This document shows, in pieces, positions 19,837-29,375 of a DNA stretch of 64,000 bases. The position numbers and the translations under genes are program-made. The stretch comes from an archaeon GW2011_AR18. Lineage in GTDB: Archaea; Nanobdellota; Nanobdellia; SCGC-AAA011-G17; GW2011-AR18. The number at the start of each line of letters is the position of its first letter. The first letter of the stretch is position 1. Below the pieces are notes generated by a model. That model was not told the DNA's origin. It saw nothing but the letters and a program-made list of their open reading frames with translations, and searched no databases. The stretch is from positions 4,446 through 68,445 of the forward strand of contig JWKX01000006.1 of assembly GCA_000806155.1 (NCBI GenBank). Direction: 5' to 3'.

Positions 19837-21245
19837 ACTCCATTCTTGAACCATTCTCTTCCATCTTTTCTTATTAGTTCATCTGCTTCTTTTGGTCCAT
19901 TACTATTTTGTTTATATTCATATAATTTTTTCATATTTAACAATTTATCAACTACTTTCCATGATTCTTTTGTCTCTTCCCAGCTTGTAAAATTGCTTAG
20001 ATCTCCTTCTGATGCTTCACTAAATAATTTTTCATATGCCTCTATTGTATTATATCCGAATATATTTTTATAACTGAATTTTAGATCTACTTTTTGTGTA
20101 TCTAGTTTTAGTCCTGGTTTTTTTGTATTGAATCTGATATTTATATCACTCTCAGGTTGTATGTGTATTACTATCTCATTTGATTTTAATGGCAATCTCT
20201 TATCTGTAAAGCATCTTATATCTTTAAATTTTATATAGACATAAGCCTCTTTTCTCTCTAATTTTTTTCCTGTTCTTAGATAAAACGGAACTCCTTTCCA
20301 TCTTTTATTATTGATATTTAATTTTAAAGCTGCAAATGTTGGTGTTATTGAATTTTTATCTACATTTAGTTCTTTCTTATAATTTTCATACTGTCCTAAT
20401 ACTATATTTTTTTCTAATTCTTTCTTATCTATTGCTTTTATTATCTCTAGTTTCTCTCTTCTTATTGATTCTGCTTCTAATTTTCCAGGACAATCTATTG
20501 TCATTAATGTTAATATCTGCATTAGATGATTCTGTATCATATCTCTTATTATTCCTGAATTATCATAATAATTTCCACGATTCTCTACTCCTAAACTTTC
20601 AGAGACTATTATCTGTGCATAATCTATATATTTGTTGTTCCATATTGGATCAAATATTGTATTTGTAAATCTGAATAATAGTATATTAGAGACAGTCTCT
20701 TTTCCTAGGTAATGGTCTATTCTGTATATCTGTTCCTCTCTGAATGATCTTGTTATTAACTCATTTAATTTAGTAGCAGTTTTTATATCATATCCGAATG
20801 GTTTTTCTATTATTAATCTTTTATATCCGTCTTTTTCTTCTCCTAGTCTGTTTTTCTTTATTGAATTTATTATATGTTCATAATTTTCTGGCATTGTTGC
20901 CATGTAATATAATCTATTATGTTTTATTTTATGTTTATTTTCTAATTCTTCTAGATATTTTTTTAATCCACTCATTCCTTTTTCATCATTGAAATCTGTC
21001 TTGTAATAGTATATTTTATTTTTTAGTTCATTCCATGTTTTCTGGTCAAAGTCTTTTAAGTTTGTATTAATGAATTCATATAGATATTTTATAAATTTTT
21101 CATTATTCCATTCTTTTCTTCCTATACATACTATTAAATAATTTTGTAAATGTTTTTCTTTTAATAAGTTATATAATGCAGGTATTAATCTTCTCTTTGT
21201 CAGATCTCCTGTCGCCCCGAATATTACTAAGTTAAAATTTTCCAT
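19833..21245 (-). CDS. zwf: Glucose-6-phosphate 1-dehydrogenase
   Basis: FGATGDLTKRRLIPALYNL and RIDHYLGKE motifs. Confidence 0.9.
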   Translation of the reverse strand: MENFNLVIFGATGDLTKRRLIPALYNLLKEKHLQNYLIVCIGRKEWNNEKFIKYLYEFINTNLKDFDQKTWNELKNKIYYYKTDFNDEKGMSGLKKYLEELENKHKIKHNRLYYMATMPENYEHIINSIKKNRLGEEKDGYKRLIIEKPFGYDIKTATKLNELITRSFREEQIYRIDHYLGKETVSNILLFRFTNTIFDPIWNNKYIDYAQIIVSESLGVENRGNYYDNSGIIRDMIQNHLMQILTLMTIDCPGKLEAESIRREKLEIIKAIDKKELEKNIVLGQYENYKKELNVDKNSITPTFAALKLNINNKRWKGVPFYLRTGKKLERKEAYVYIKFKDIRCFTDKRLPLKSNEIVIHIQPESDINIRFNTKKPGLKLDTQKVDLKFSYKNIFGYNTIEAYEKLFSEASEGDLSNFTSWEETKESWKVVDKLLNMKKLYEYKQNSNGPKEADELIRKDGREWFKNGV

Positions 21246-22549
21246 TATAAGTATTTTTTTGTCTCTGTTTTATATTCTTCCACATTTGGCTGGTCAAATG
21301 GATTTACATTCATCAAATGCCCTAAGAACATAATCTCCATCATTTTCATCTGCAATAATTGTCCTATGCAATACTCTATTTTTTTTGGTAATATTATCTC
21401 CATATATGGTAATTGTCTATTTAAATAAGTCTTCTCTACCCCTTGTATTATTGCATTCATTATAAATGCCATTTCTTTATTATATAATTTAGGTAAAACA
21501 TCTACTTCATTCTCTTTTATTTCAACATGGTTCTTGAATTCATTTACTATTACAAATGTTGTTAATTTATCATTCAATCCACCTAGATATAATTGCACCA
21601 TTGAGTGTAAGTCTGTTGTCCCTATTGATGTTATTGGTGTTATCCCATTACTTATGCTTTTTCCTTGCAGATCTTTTTCTTTTCCTAGGCTTTCAGCTGT
21701 TAATTGTCTGTACCATCTTCCTATTGACTCTAGGTCATTAGCAAATAAGAATGTGTTATGTATTGTTTTTTGTTTTTTATAATTATTATATATTATTAAT
21801 GCTGATAATGCTGCGGGATTTGTGAATATATCTTTACTCAAGCAAGTTTCTATCATTTTTCTTGCTCCATCTAATAATTGGTCTATGTCTATTCCTATTA
21901 CTGCTAATGGAAACAATCCAACAGAACTGAATACAGAATATCTTCCTCCAACTTTTGCTGGTATCTCTAATAATTCATATCCCTCTCTCTCTCCTAGTTC
22001 CCATAATTTAGAATTCTTATCTGTTGTTATTACTATTGAATCTTTATAATTTTTTAAATTTTCTTTTAAATAATCTATTAATACACTAAAATTTGCTATT
22101 GTCTCTGTTGTTGTTCCTGATTTTGATATGCAGTTAATTACTACTTTTTTCTTATTTTTGACTTCTCTCTCTATTATTGTTTTTATATCAGTTAAATAAT
22201 CTGGATCTACGGTCTCTAAATATAATATTTTTACTTTATCTTCAGATGTTTGATTATATAACTTTCCTAGTAATGCTTCCTGTACTGATAATGTACCTAG
22301 ATTAGAACCTCCTATTCCTATGACGATTATATAGCTTGCTTTTGTATACTTTCTTGCTAGTTTTCTTATCTTTATTATATTTTTTCTGTCAAATGGTAGA
22401 TTTATTGAACTGAAACTTGAATCATAATCATCATCTTTAGATGCTCCTATCATATAATCTATGGTTTTACTGACTACTTCAGAGTCTCTTGCCATGTCAA
22501 ACTTTGTTACACCACAAGTGTTTTCATATCTAAAAATTAGTTCATTCAT
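21245..22549 (-). CDS. pgi: Glucose-6-phosphate isomerase
   Basis: IIVIGIGGSNLG PGI signature. Overlaps zwf (TAATG) and tal (ATGA). Confidence 0.8.
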   Translation of the reverse strand: MNELIFRYENTCGVTKFDMARDSEVVSKTIDYMIGASKDDDYDSSFSSINLPFDRKNIIKIRKLARKYTKASYIIVIGIGGSNLGTLSVQEALLGKLYNQTSEDKVKILYLETVDPDYLTDIKTIIEREVKNKKKVVINCISKSGTTTETIANFSVLIDYLKENLKNYKDSIVITTDKNSKLWELGEREGYELLEIPAKVGGRYSVFSSVGLFPLAVIGIDIDQLLDGARKMIETCLSKDIFTNPAALSALIIYNNYKKQKTIHNTFLFANDLESIGRWYRQLTAESLGKEKDLQGKSISNGITPITSIGTTDLHSMVQLYLGGLNDKLTTFVIVNEFKNHVEIKENEVDVLPKLYNKEMAFIMNAIIQGVEKTYLNRQLPYMEIILPKKIEYCIGQLLQMKMMEIMFLGHLMNVNPFDQPNVEEYKTETKKYL

Positions 22550-23211
22550 TTTATTTTGAATTTTGTTTTTTTCCAGTCATCTAAGAATTTATTTATTCCA
22601 ACATCTGTTAGTTCATGTCTGAATAGTTTCTCAAATACTGAATATGGTATTGTGCATGCGTCTGCTCCTAGTAGTGCTGCCTCCATTACATGATGTGGTC
22701 CTCTTATACTTGCTACTAGTATTTGTGTTTTCATTCCATAGTTTGTATATATTTTTTTTATTTGTTCTATTAGTCTCATTCCATCTTCGTTCTGGTCATC
22801 TAATCTTCCTACGAATGGGCTTATGAAGTATGCTCCTGCTTTTGCTGCCATTAATGCCTGTGTTGGTGAGAAACATAATGTTACATTTACTCTTATTCCT
22901 CTTTTTGTTAATTCTTTACAGGCTATTAATCCATCCTGTGTTACTGGAACTTTTACTACCACATGTTTTGATAAGCTAGCTAGTTTAATTCCCTCTTCTA
23001 TCATTGTTTTTGCATCTAAGCTTGCTACTTCAAAGTTTACTACATCCATTGGTTTTGTAAAAATACTTAGGATATCATGTGTTAATTTTTCAAATGATGG
23101 ATATCCCTCTATTGAAGCTAAAGTTGGGTTTGTTGTAACTCCATCAATTAAATTTGTCGCATATGCTTTTTTTAAATCATTTAAATTTGCTGAATCTAAG
23201 AATATCTTCAT
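22546..23211 (-). CDS. tal: Transaldolase (Tal/FSA short type)
   Basis: MKIFLDSANLNDLKKAYATNLIDGVTTNPTL. Confidence 0.85.
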   Translation of the reverse strand: MKIFLDSANLNDLKKAYATNLIDGVTTNPTLASIEGYPSFEKLTHDILSIFTKPMDVVNFEVASLDAKTMIEEGIKLASLSKHVVVKVPVTQDGLIACKELTKRGIRVNVTLCFSPTQALMAAKAGAYFISPFVGRLDDQNEDGMRLIEQIKKIYTNYGMKTQILVASIRGPHHVMEAALLGADACTIPYSVFEKLFRHELTDVGINKFLDDWKKTKFKIK

Positions 23212-23493
23212 TATTTCACCTCTATTTATATTATTACTTAGAACCTTATTGTATTTAAAGTTTATTGATTATTTTGGCATTCCACAAATCTTGCATTTCT
23301 TATGGAAAAACTAGGAGCAAGTAGTTACAAAAAATAAGGTTATGTAAAATGATAAAAGATATTTATAAGGGTTAATGATGCAAAATAGTACACAACATCG
23401 TAGATATACAGTTATGCTCAATAATTTTTAGTGGCGAAATTAATACGAGAGAGACAATTCTATTCAATACGATTAAATATTAATTACAGAAAG

Positions 23494-23501
23494 TTTAAAT
23501 A
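23494..23501 (+). promoter_or_regulatory. Putative TATA box (TTTAAATA) for the DGQHR gene, leaderless spacing
   Basis: About 28 nt upstream of the ATG at 23525. Preceded by purine-rich AGAAAG. Confidence 0.25.
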
Positions 23502-23524
23502 TTGTAGTAAGTATTTATTATTTA

Positions 23525-25570
23525 ATGGATCAAGTAGAACAAAATACATCAAAAAAAAGGAGAGCAATAGATTTTGAAAAATCAATTATGAATTTTTTGA
23601 CTAAATTAGAATTTGAAGATGTTGATGGTGCCAAAGATTCATTTAAAATTAATGGAATTCAAGTAGATGTATGTGGTGGACATGAAAATACACTCTTAAT
23701 TATTGAATGCAAACATAAGGACAAAAAGAAGGTCCAAGGAGAAGATAGTATAAGAAATTATATTAAAACCTTACGAGGTGATATTCATATACTCGAGAAA
23801 GGATTTAAATCTCATCCAATTTATTCAAAGTATGAAAAATTCAAATACATAATATGTACAAAAAATTATAATATAAGAAAAGTAGATTTTGATTTTGCTA
23901 ATCAAGAGCCTCATGTTCATTTATGCAATGAAGATTTTATAAATTATTATGAAGAATTGTATCAATGTATTGGAAAATATGCAAAATATGACATGCTTGG
24001 CGAATTATGGATTAAACCAGAACAAGATGTACCAATTTTGGTGCCTGCTTTTTTGGTTACTTTTGGGCAATCTAAAATGTATAATTTTGTCATTGATCCA
24101 AAAGTACTATTAGAAGTTGCATATGTTGCAAGAAGAACCTCTAGGAGAGAAAGAAATTATCAACGAATGATAAATAAAAAGAGGATTGAATCCATTGCAC
24201 AATATATTAATGATGATAATATACTTCCTAACAATATAATTATTTCTATTAATAAAGTTAAATTTCATCCAAAAAATTCAAAATATAATCCAATTGAATT
24301 TCCCGCACTTAATATGAGCTATGGAATTTTAGAATTTCCAAATGATTATAAGAGTTGTTGGATAATTGATGGTCAACATAGACTTTATGCATTTATGAAA
24401 ACTAATAAGGAAAAATATTTCAATATGCCTGTAACTGCGTTTGAAAATCTTTCAAATGAGGAACAATGTAAATTCTTTTTAGACATAAATAAGAATCAAA
24501 AACCAGTTCCTAGTGATTTAGTTTGGGATCTAAATGGTGATATGTTAGATACCCAAACAGATGGAATAATTTCTAGAACTGTAAAAAAACTTAATAATAG
24601 TGGACCTTTATATCATATGATATACTATCCTTCATTAGGTGTGAAGACTGCTCTTCTTAAAATTTCAGGAATATGTATCAGCATTAAAAGATCAAAATTG
24701 GCAGAAACTAACACTATAAGCAAAACTGCTAATCCCTTGTATCATAAGGACTCTGATAAAACTGAAACTGCCTTATCAAATGCGTTAATTGACTATTTTG
24801 ATTTAATAAAATTGGAATTCGAAGAAAATTGGAAATTAGAAGATAAAGGGTTTATTTTAACCGATGGGGGCATGAGTGTATTTATTTATCTTTTTGAAAA
24901 AATTTTACAAAGAATTACTCTAAAAGGAAAATCACCAACAAAAGAGGAGTATAAAAAATACATATTACCTTTAAAAAAATTATTTGAGTCTGATTATTCT
25001 AGTAAAGAAGAATTAAAGAAATTGAGAGGAAGAACTTCTGGTGAAGGTCCTAAACATGATTTATTGATCGAATTTATTATTTTTATTAAAAATGAAATCA
25101 ATGATCAATTATTTGGTGGAGATATTGAAATTATTGATGAAAATTCATTTTCAGAATTAGAGAGCAATTTAAAGGAGTTAATTAATACAGTTTTATTGAA
25201 AAATATTGGTGATAATTGGTTTGAAGATTTAAAAAGCATGGATAAAGAAATGTATTCCATTGCATTAAAACATCATGAGAATCATGGTTTAAAAGACAAA
25301 AATAAAGTATATAAACAATTAACTCTTGGTAATTGTAGATCTATTATTGAGCATAAAACATATGTTGATTATTTTAAACCGTTATTTACAAAAAACGAGT
25401 ATTTTTATGATTGGAAGGAATTTGAAGGTTCATTATCACAAATTGTGCGTATGAGAAATACTCAAAAAAGTCATGATGTAGGTGTAACCAAAAAATTACA
25501 TGATGATAACATTCTAAAATTAAATTTAGATAAATTGTCTAAATGCTTAAAAGAGATAGATATAAAATAA
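23525..25570 (+). CDS. Multidomain defence-like protein: PD-(D/E)xK-like nuclease N-term, DGQHR (DndB-like) domain, C-terminal HEPN-like domain
   Basis: D48...E61-C-K63 (QVDVCGGHENTLLIIECKH). WIIDGQHRLYAF at aa 282-286 with YQRMINKKRIESIAQYI and FENLSNEEQCKFFLDINKNQKPV. C-terminal SQIVRMRNTQKSH (R-x5-H). A-ending codons on the + strand run against local bias. Confidence 0.75.
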   Translation: MDQVEQNTSKKRRAIDFEKSIMNFLTKLEFEDVDGAKDSFKINGIQVDVCGGHENTLLIIECKHKDKKKVQGEDSIRNYIKTLRGDIHILEKGFKSHPIYSKYEKFKYIICTKNYNIRKVDFDFANQEPHVHLCNEDFINYYEELYQCIGKYAKYDMLGELWIKPEQDVPILVPAFLVTFGQSKMYNFVIDPKVLLEVAYVARRTSRRERNYQRMINKKRIESIAQYINDDNILPNNIIISINKVKFHPKNSKYNPIEFPALNMSYGILEFPNDYKSCWIIDGQHRLYAFMKTNKEKYFNMPVTAFENLSNEEQCKFFLDINKNQKPVPSDLVWDLNGDMLDTQTDGIISRTVKKLNNSGPLYHMIYYPSLGVKTALLKISGICISIKRSKLAETNTISKTANPLYHKDSDKTETALSNALIDYFDLIKLEFEENWKLEDKGFILTDGGMSVFIYLFEKILQRITLKGKSPTKEEYKKYILPLKKLFESDYSSKEELKKLRGRTSGEGPKHDLLIEFIIFIKNEINDQLFGGDIEIIDENSFSELESNLKELINTVLLKNIGDNWFEDLKSMDKEMYSIALKHHENHGLKDKNKVYKQLTLGNCRSIIEHKTYVDYFKPLFTKNEYFYDWKEFEGSLSQIVRMRNTQKSHDVGVTKKLHDDNILKLNLDKLSKCLKEIDIK

Positions 25571-25711
25571 TTTTTAATAACTACTAATATATTGAATAGA
25601 ATTGTCTCCTCTGAAGTTATATTAGATTGCTCACGATGCTCGCTTGATGAACGGCGCCACTAAAAATTACTCCTCCGCTCGAGCCGAGAACATAACAGTC
25701 GTTAAATCCAA

Positions 25712-25748
25712 TCGAGAATGAGGCATAATTTAGTTAAAGGGCAATTTC
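25712..25748. repeat. Left arm of imperfect inverted repeat flanking the serpin unit
   Basis: TCGAGAATGAG...AAGGGCAATTTC. Reverse complement of 27887-27948. Confidence 0.4.
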
Positions 25749-25844
25749 TAAAAAATTAAAGGAGTCGCCTTACTAATGATAACAAACTTCAACTCAATTT
25801 GAAGTCAAGAATATATTTAAATAGTAAAACTTATATCTTATTAT

Positions 25845-26042
25845 ATGGACAAAAAACATATTTCAATTCCATCAATTTTAATCATTATAGTTTCATTAAG
25901 TATAATTCTATCTGGATGTAATACGGAATATGAAACTCCATCACCAGATGAGCCCATCATAATTCCAGATGAACCAATCACACAAGCAAAAACAGAAGGA
26001 ATGTCCAATATTGTAGATGCAAATAACGAATTTGCTGTCAAA
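25845..26042 (+). pseudogene. Serpin gene 5' fragment (lipoprotein signal plus helix A), truncated by IS insertion
   Basis: Lipobox LSGC. ...ANNEFAVK then reads into the IS end. Continues in frame at 26740 (LNYYNKIKDSEENVFFSPYSISSALAM). Confidence 0.55.
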
Positions 26043-26739
26043 TGCTCGCTGACACCACCGGTGCTACACCGGATGGCTTGCTCGCCTGTTGGCTCGGTCA
26101 GCTCGCGTAGTTAAGTAAACTCATTTGTTTTTTGTCTTCTCTTTTCCCGTATTTTTGGTTTCTTATGTAACTGATTATTCTTTTCATGTCTTTCGGACTT
26201 TCTAAGTAATAGCTTGTATTCCACAAACCGCTATTCCAAAAGTATTGTTTTTTTATTTTTGGGAATTTTTGTAATAATTTTTTTGCTGTATATCCTTTTA
26301 GCATTTTTGCAACTTGAGGTCTACTGTACAATCCGATGTCAACAAGCATGTGAACATGGTTGTTGTCGAATCCTAGTTCGCTTATTTCTATATCGTATTT
26401 TCCGCATGCTTGTTGGAATAATTTTTCACAATAATTTCTTATTTGTTTGTCGTCAAATATTTTGTGGCAGTATTTTATTTTGAACATTCCGTGCATCCAA
26501 GCTTCTCCAACACAGGAACTATGTCTAGGTATCTCATTTTTCATTTTTTGTTTCCTGATGCAAAGGTTTATTAGAAAGAATATAGTTTACACTATTGCGT
26601 TGTCTTTCTAGTAGCATAGCATCAATGCTAACGCTACTATTTTATTTTTTTAAGAACAAAAACCTAACTATTTTTTTATAACTTTTACTACCACCAGTCA
26701 GCTCACTGCGGTTCGCTTATAGACTGGTGGAATTAACGA
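26043..26739 (-). mobile_element. IS200-family insertion sequence (IS200/IS605 group, tnpA only)
   Basis: 697 bp. Y1/HuH TnpA. Subterminal hairpin CCACCAGTC...GACTGGTGG at 26701-26740. GC-rich palindromic end at 26043-26110. Precisely interrupts the serpin ORF. Confidence 0.7.
26098..26544 (-). CDS. tnpA: IS200/IS605 family transposase TnpA (Y1 HuH)
   Basis: HVHMLV HuH motif. C-terminal QYFWNSGLWNTSYYLES...ISYIRNQ. Confidence 0.8.
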   Translation of the reverse strand: MKNEIPRHSSCVGEAWMHGMFKIKYCHKIFDDKQIRNYCEKLFQQACGKYDIEISELGFDNNHVHMLVDIGLYSRPQVAKMLKGYTAKKLLQKFPKIKKQYFWNSGLWNTSYYLESPKDMKRIISYIRNQKYGKREDKKQMSLLNYAS

Positions 26740-27831
26740 TTAAATTATTATAATAAAATCAAAGATAGTGAAGAAAATGTTTTCTTTTCCCCATATAGTA
26801 TCTCTTCTGCTTTAGCAATGACTTATGAAGGTGCAAAAGGTCAAACCGCAGAAGAAATTCAGTCATTATTCTATCTTCCAGAGGATGATGAATTAAGAAG
26901 AACATCCTTTGAAGAAACTAATGATGAAATCAATAAAAAAGACAAAGAATATTCACTCCATGTAGCTAATGCTTTATGGGCTCAGAAAGATTTTGAATTT
27001 AGAAAAGATTATTTTGATTTAGTAGAAAAATATTATGGCGGCTCAGCCACAAATCTTGATTTTTACAAAGACCCAGAATCATCAAGATTAGTTATAAATG
27101 ATTGGGTTGAAGAAAAAACAAATGATAAAATCAAAGATTTAATACCTCATGGTGCCATCAAAAAGATAACAAGATTAGTTCTTACAAATGCCATCTACTT
27201 TAAGGGAACATGGATTACACAATTCGATGAAGAGCAAACAAAAGATGAAGATTTTAAAGTCGGTTTTGGTAAAACTGTTAAAGTTCCTTTGATGAGCATA
27301 AAGGAAAATACATTTAATTATGCTGAAACAGATGATTTGCAAATTTTAGAACTAGATTATGAGGGAGATGAATTATCTATGCTTTTCTTGCTCCCAGATA
27401 ATATGAATTCTCTAGAGAAATCATTAACAACTGAAAAATTAGCTGAATGGAAGGATATGCTGAGAGAAAGAAGAGTCGACATTTACATACCTAAATTCAA
27501 ATTTGAAACAAAATATTTCATGGCGCAAGACCTTGTAAATATGGGAATGCCTACTGCATTTTCTGACAATGCTGACTTTACAGGCATGGAAGATAAACCC
27601 GATGAAGATCTGAAAATAGATCAAGTGATACATCAAGCATTTGTTGAAGTAAATGAAGAAGGCACTGAAGCCGCTGCTGCAACTGCTGTTATAATGGTAG
27701 GGATAACATCTGTAGGACACGCGCCAAAAATACCTATATTTAGAGCAGACCATCCATTCATATTTATAATTCAGCAAAAAGAAACTGGAAATATACTATT
27801 CTTAGGAAAAGTTAATGATCCAAATAAATAA
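26740..27831 (+). CDS. Serpin (inhibitory), body of gene lacking its native start because of IS insertion
   Basis: FFSPYSISSALAMTYEGAKG. RCL hinge EEGTEAAAATAV. C-terminal FRADHPFIFII. First in-frame ATG at 26818. Confidence 0.8.
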   Translation, partial: LNYYNKIKDSEENVFFSPYSISSALAMTYEGAKGQTAEEIQSLFYLPEDDELRRTSFEETNDEINKKDKEYSLHVANALWAQKDFEFRKDYFDLVEKYYGGSATNLDFYKDPESSRLVINDWVEEKTNDKIKDLIPHGAIKKITRLVLTNAIYFKGTWITQFDEEQTKDEDFKVGFGKTVKVPLMSIKENTFNYAETDDLQILELDYEGDELSMLFLLPDNMNSLEKSLTTEKLAEWKDMLRERRVDIYIPKFKFETKYFMAQDLVNMGMPTAFSDNADFTGMEDKPDEDLKIDQVIHQAFVEVNEEGTEAAAATAVIMVGITSVGHAPKIPIFRADHPFIFIIQQKETGNILFLGKVNDPNK

Positions 27832-27886
27832 TAAAACGGCTACCCCCTACTGTTTTATTTTGAAGAGCCTTTGGCTTAGATAAACA

Positions 27887-27948
27887 GAAATTGCCCTTAA
27901 TGATTTTAATGGATTGCCCTTCGGACTTTAAGACGGACTCATTCTCGA
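27887..27948. repeat. Right arm of imperfect inverted repeat flanking the serpin unit
   Basis: GAAATTGCCCTT...CTCATTCTCGA, same order and inverted relative to the left arm. Confidence 0.4.
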
Positions 27949-28107
27949 ATTTTCGGTCGAAATTTTACTCCACTTCGTAGGTAAAAGGATTTAACAGGAA
28001 TTACACACAATTTTACTGCTGTAAAACTTTTTGTTTTATTTTTTAATAAATTTTTCTTTAGAAATTAAATCCATTAGATGGAGTGTATAACATTTATTAT
28101 CTGTAAT

Positions 28108-28119
28108 TCCAGAGGTCAC
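28108..28119. repeat. 12-bp inverted repeat TCCAGAGGTCAC (partner at 29364-29375) flanking the amidohydrolase gene
   Basis: Perfect 12-mer inverted match in GC-rich intergenic spacers on both sides of 28127-29326. Confidence 0.3.
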
Positions 28120-28126
28120 AATCGGG

Positions 28127-29326
28127 TTATTCTGAAAGTAGTCTTTCTGCATTTTTATAGGCAAACTTCTCTTGCACGATAGGATCGAGTCTGTCAATAA
28201 ATACACGGGTATAATTATTCAAAGCCAATGCAACCTCAGGATCTTTATCCCAAATAGTTGGACCGCCTCTATCTGTACCCCATAGCACTTGATCTGGATG
28301 TCTTTCAATAAACCCTTTCCACATGGGAAGATCGATCTCAAGTAAAGCTTCATAATCTGCAAAATTTTCTAAAAATTTCTCTTTGCTTCTGCCAAGTTCT
28401 AATAACCAATCTCCCCCATAAAGTTCATTCACTGTATAATAAATATTTGGATTATTGTAAAGTAATTCTTCTATAAGAACTAAAACTTTTTCATCATGAG
28501 ATATACCTGCTTGAGTCTCACTGATATTAAACAAATTGCCCCCATGGAAAACAAAAGTAATATTAGGATTTGCTCTGGCAACATTTTCATAAGCTTCTTT
28601 TTGCCCCTGACCAAGGTGAAAATATACAATTAATTTATGCATCTTAATCACTGGATAAATTTCCATCAATATTGTAGAATTTGGTGAAAGTGGTGGAGAA
28701 TTAGGATTTCCATATAAACCTATTTCACCATAACCTTTGAATAATCCAAGTTCCAAATTTAACATCATTTCCAGTTCTTCTGCAGATACTGTAGCTTCAA
28801 CATTGCCTGGTGGATTTATAAATGGAACAAAAAGATCAGAATATTTTTCTAAAGTCATCTTAACTACGTCCACAGATTCCTGCACTATGGGCTCAGCCAC
28901 AGGAAAGAAACCCCACACTTGTTTAGTCCCTTCAACATTGATCATACAAACCCACTCTTCCATGCTGCGTTTTATTCCTAAATTATCCCCTGTATAATAA
29001 TCATCAGGAAATCCTGGCACACCCCCTGGTAAGTTCTGTAAATGAATGTGCGTATCTATCATTGAGCCCTTATAATAACCATCCGGCAAACTACTTGGAT
29101 CACGAGGTTCAGCACAATCAACTATTTCAAATGCTTTAGCAAATACTCTCTTCCAGTGGAGTTCTTCTACAGATAATTCTTCATCTTTGTCATATACTTC
29201 TACATCATCTGTTAAAGAATCTTCAGATCTCTCAGCAAGACCAGGCTGCTGTTGAGCACAACCACTAATAAAGATAACTAAAATGATAGATAATAGTAAT
29301 GTCAAATAACCTCTTTTTGACTTCAT
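28127..29326 (-). CDS. Amidohydrolase-family metal-dependent hydrolase, lipoprotein
   Basis: Signal plus lipobox ISGC. IDTHIHL metal-binding motif of the TIM-barrel amidohydrolase superfamily. Confidence 0.6.
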   Translation of the reverse strand: MKSKRGYLTLLLSIILVIFISGCAQQQPGLAERSEDSLTDDVEVYDKDEELSVEELHWKRVFAKAFEIVDCAEPRDPSSLPDGYYKGSMIDTHIHLQNLPGGVPGFPDDYYTGDNLGIKRSMEEWVCMINVEGTKQVWGFFPVAEPIVQESVDVVKMTLEKYSDLFVPFINPPGNVEATVSAEELEMMLNLELGLFKGYGEIGLYGNPNSPPLSPNSTILMEIYPVIKMHKLIVYFHLGQGQKEAYENVARANPNITFVFHGGNLFNISETQAGISHDEKVLVLIEELLYNNPNIYYTVNELYGGDWLLELGRSKEKFLENFADYEALLEIDLPMWKGFIERHPDQVLWGTDRGGPTIWDKDPEVALALNNYTRVFIDRLDPIVQEKFAYKNAERLLSE

Positions 29327-29363
29327 GGTATAAAATACATTATTGTTCTATAAAAATTCTTCG

Positions 29364-29375
29364 GTGACCTCTGGA
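29364..29375. repeat. Right copy of 12-bp inverted repeat (GTGACCTCTGGA)
   Basis: Reverse complement of 28108-28119. Lies between the amidohydrolase start and the tkt stop. Confidence 0.3.

Noticed and set aside
23290-23480. Possible C/D-box sRNA (AUGAUGC) in the island left border
   Set aside because: Only an imperfect C box. No D or D' CUGA boxes at the appropriate spacing.
25712-29375. Integron attC sites or gene cassettes interpretation of the GC-rich palindromic spacers
   Set aside because: The repeats occur as distant inverted pairs flanking each gene rather than as a single attC at each cassette 3' end. No intI and no GTTRRRY core sites were recognised.
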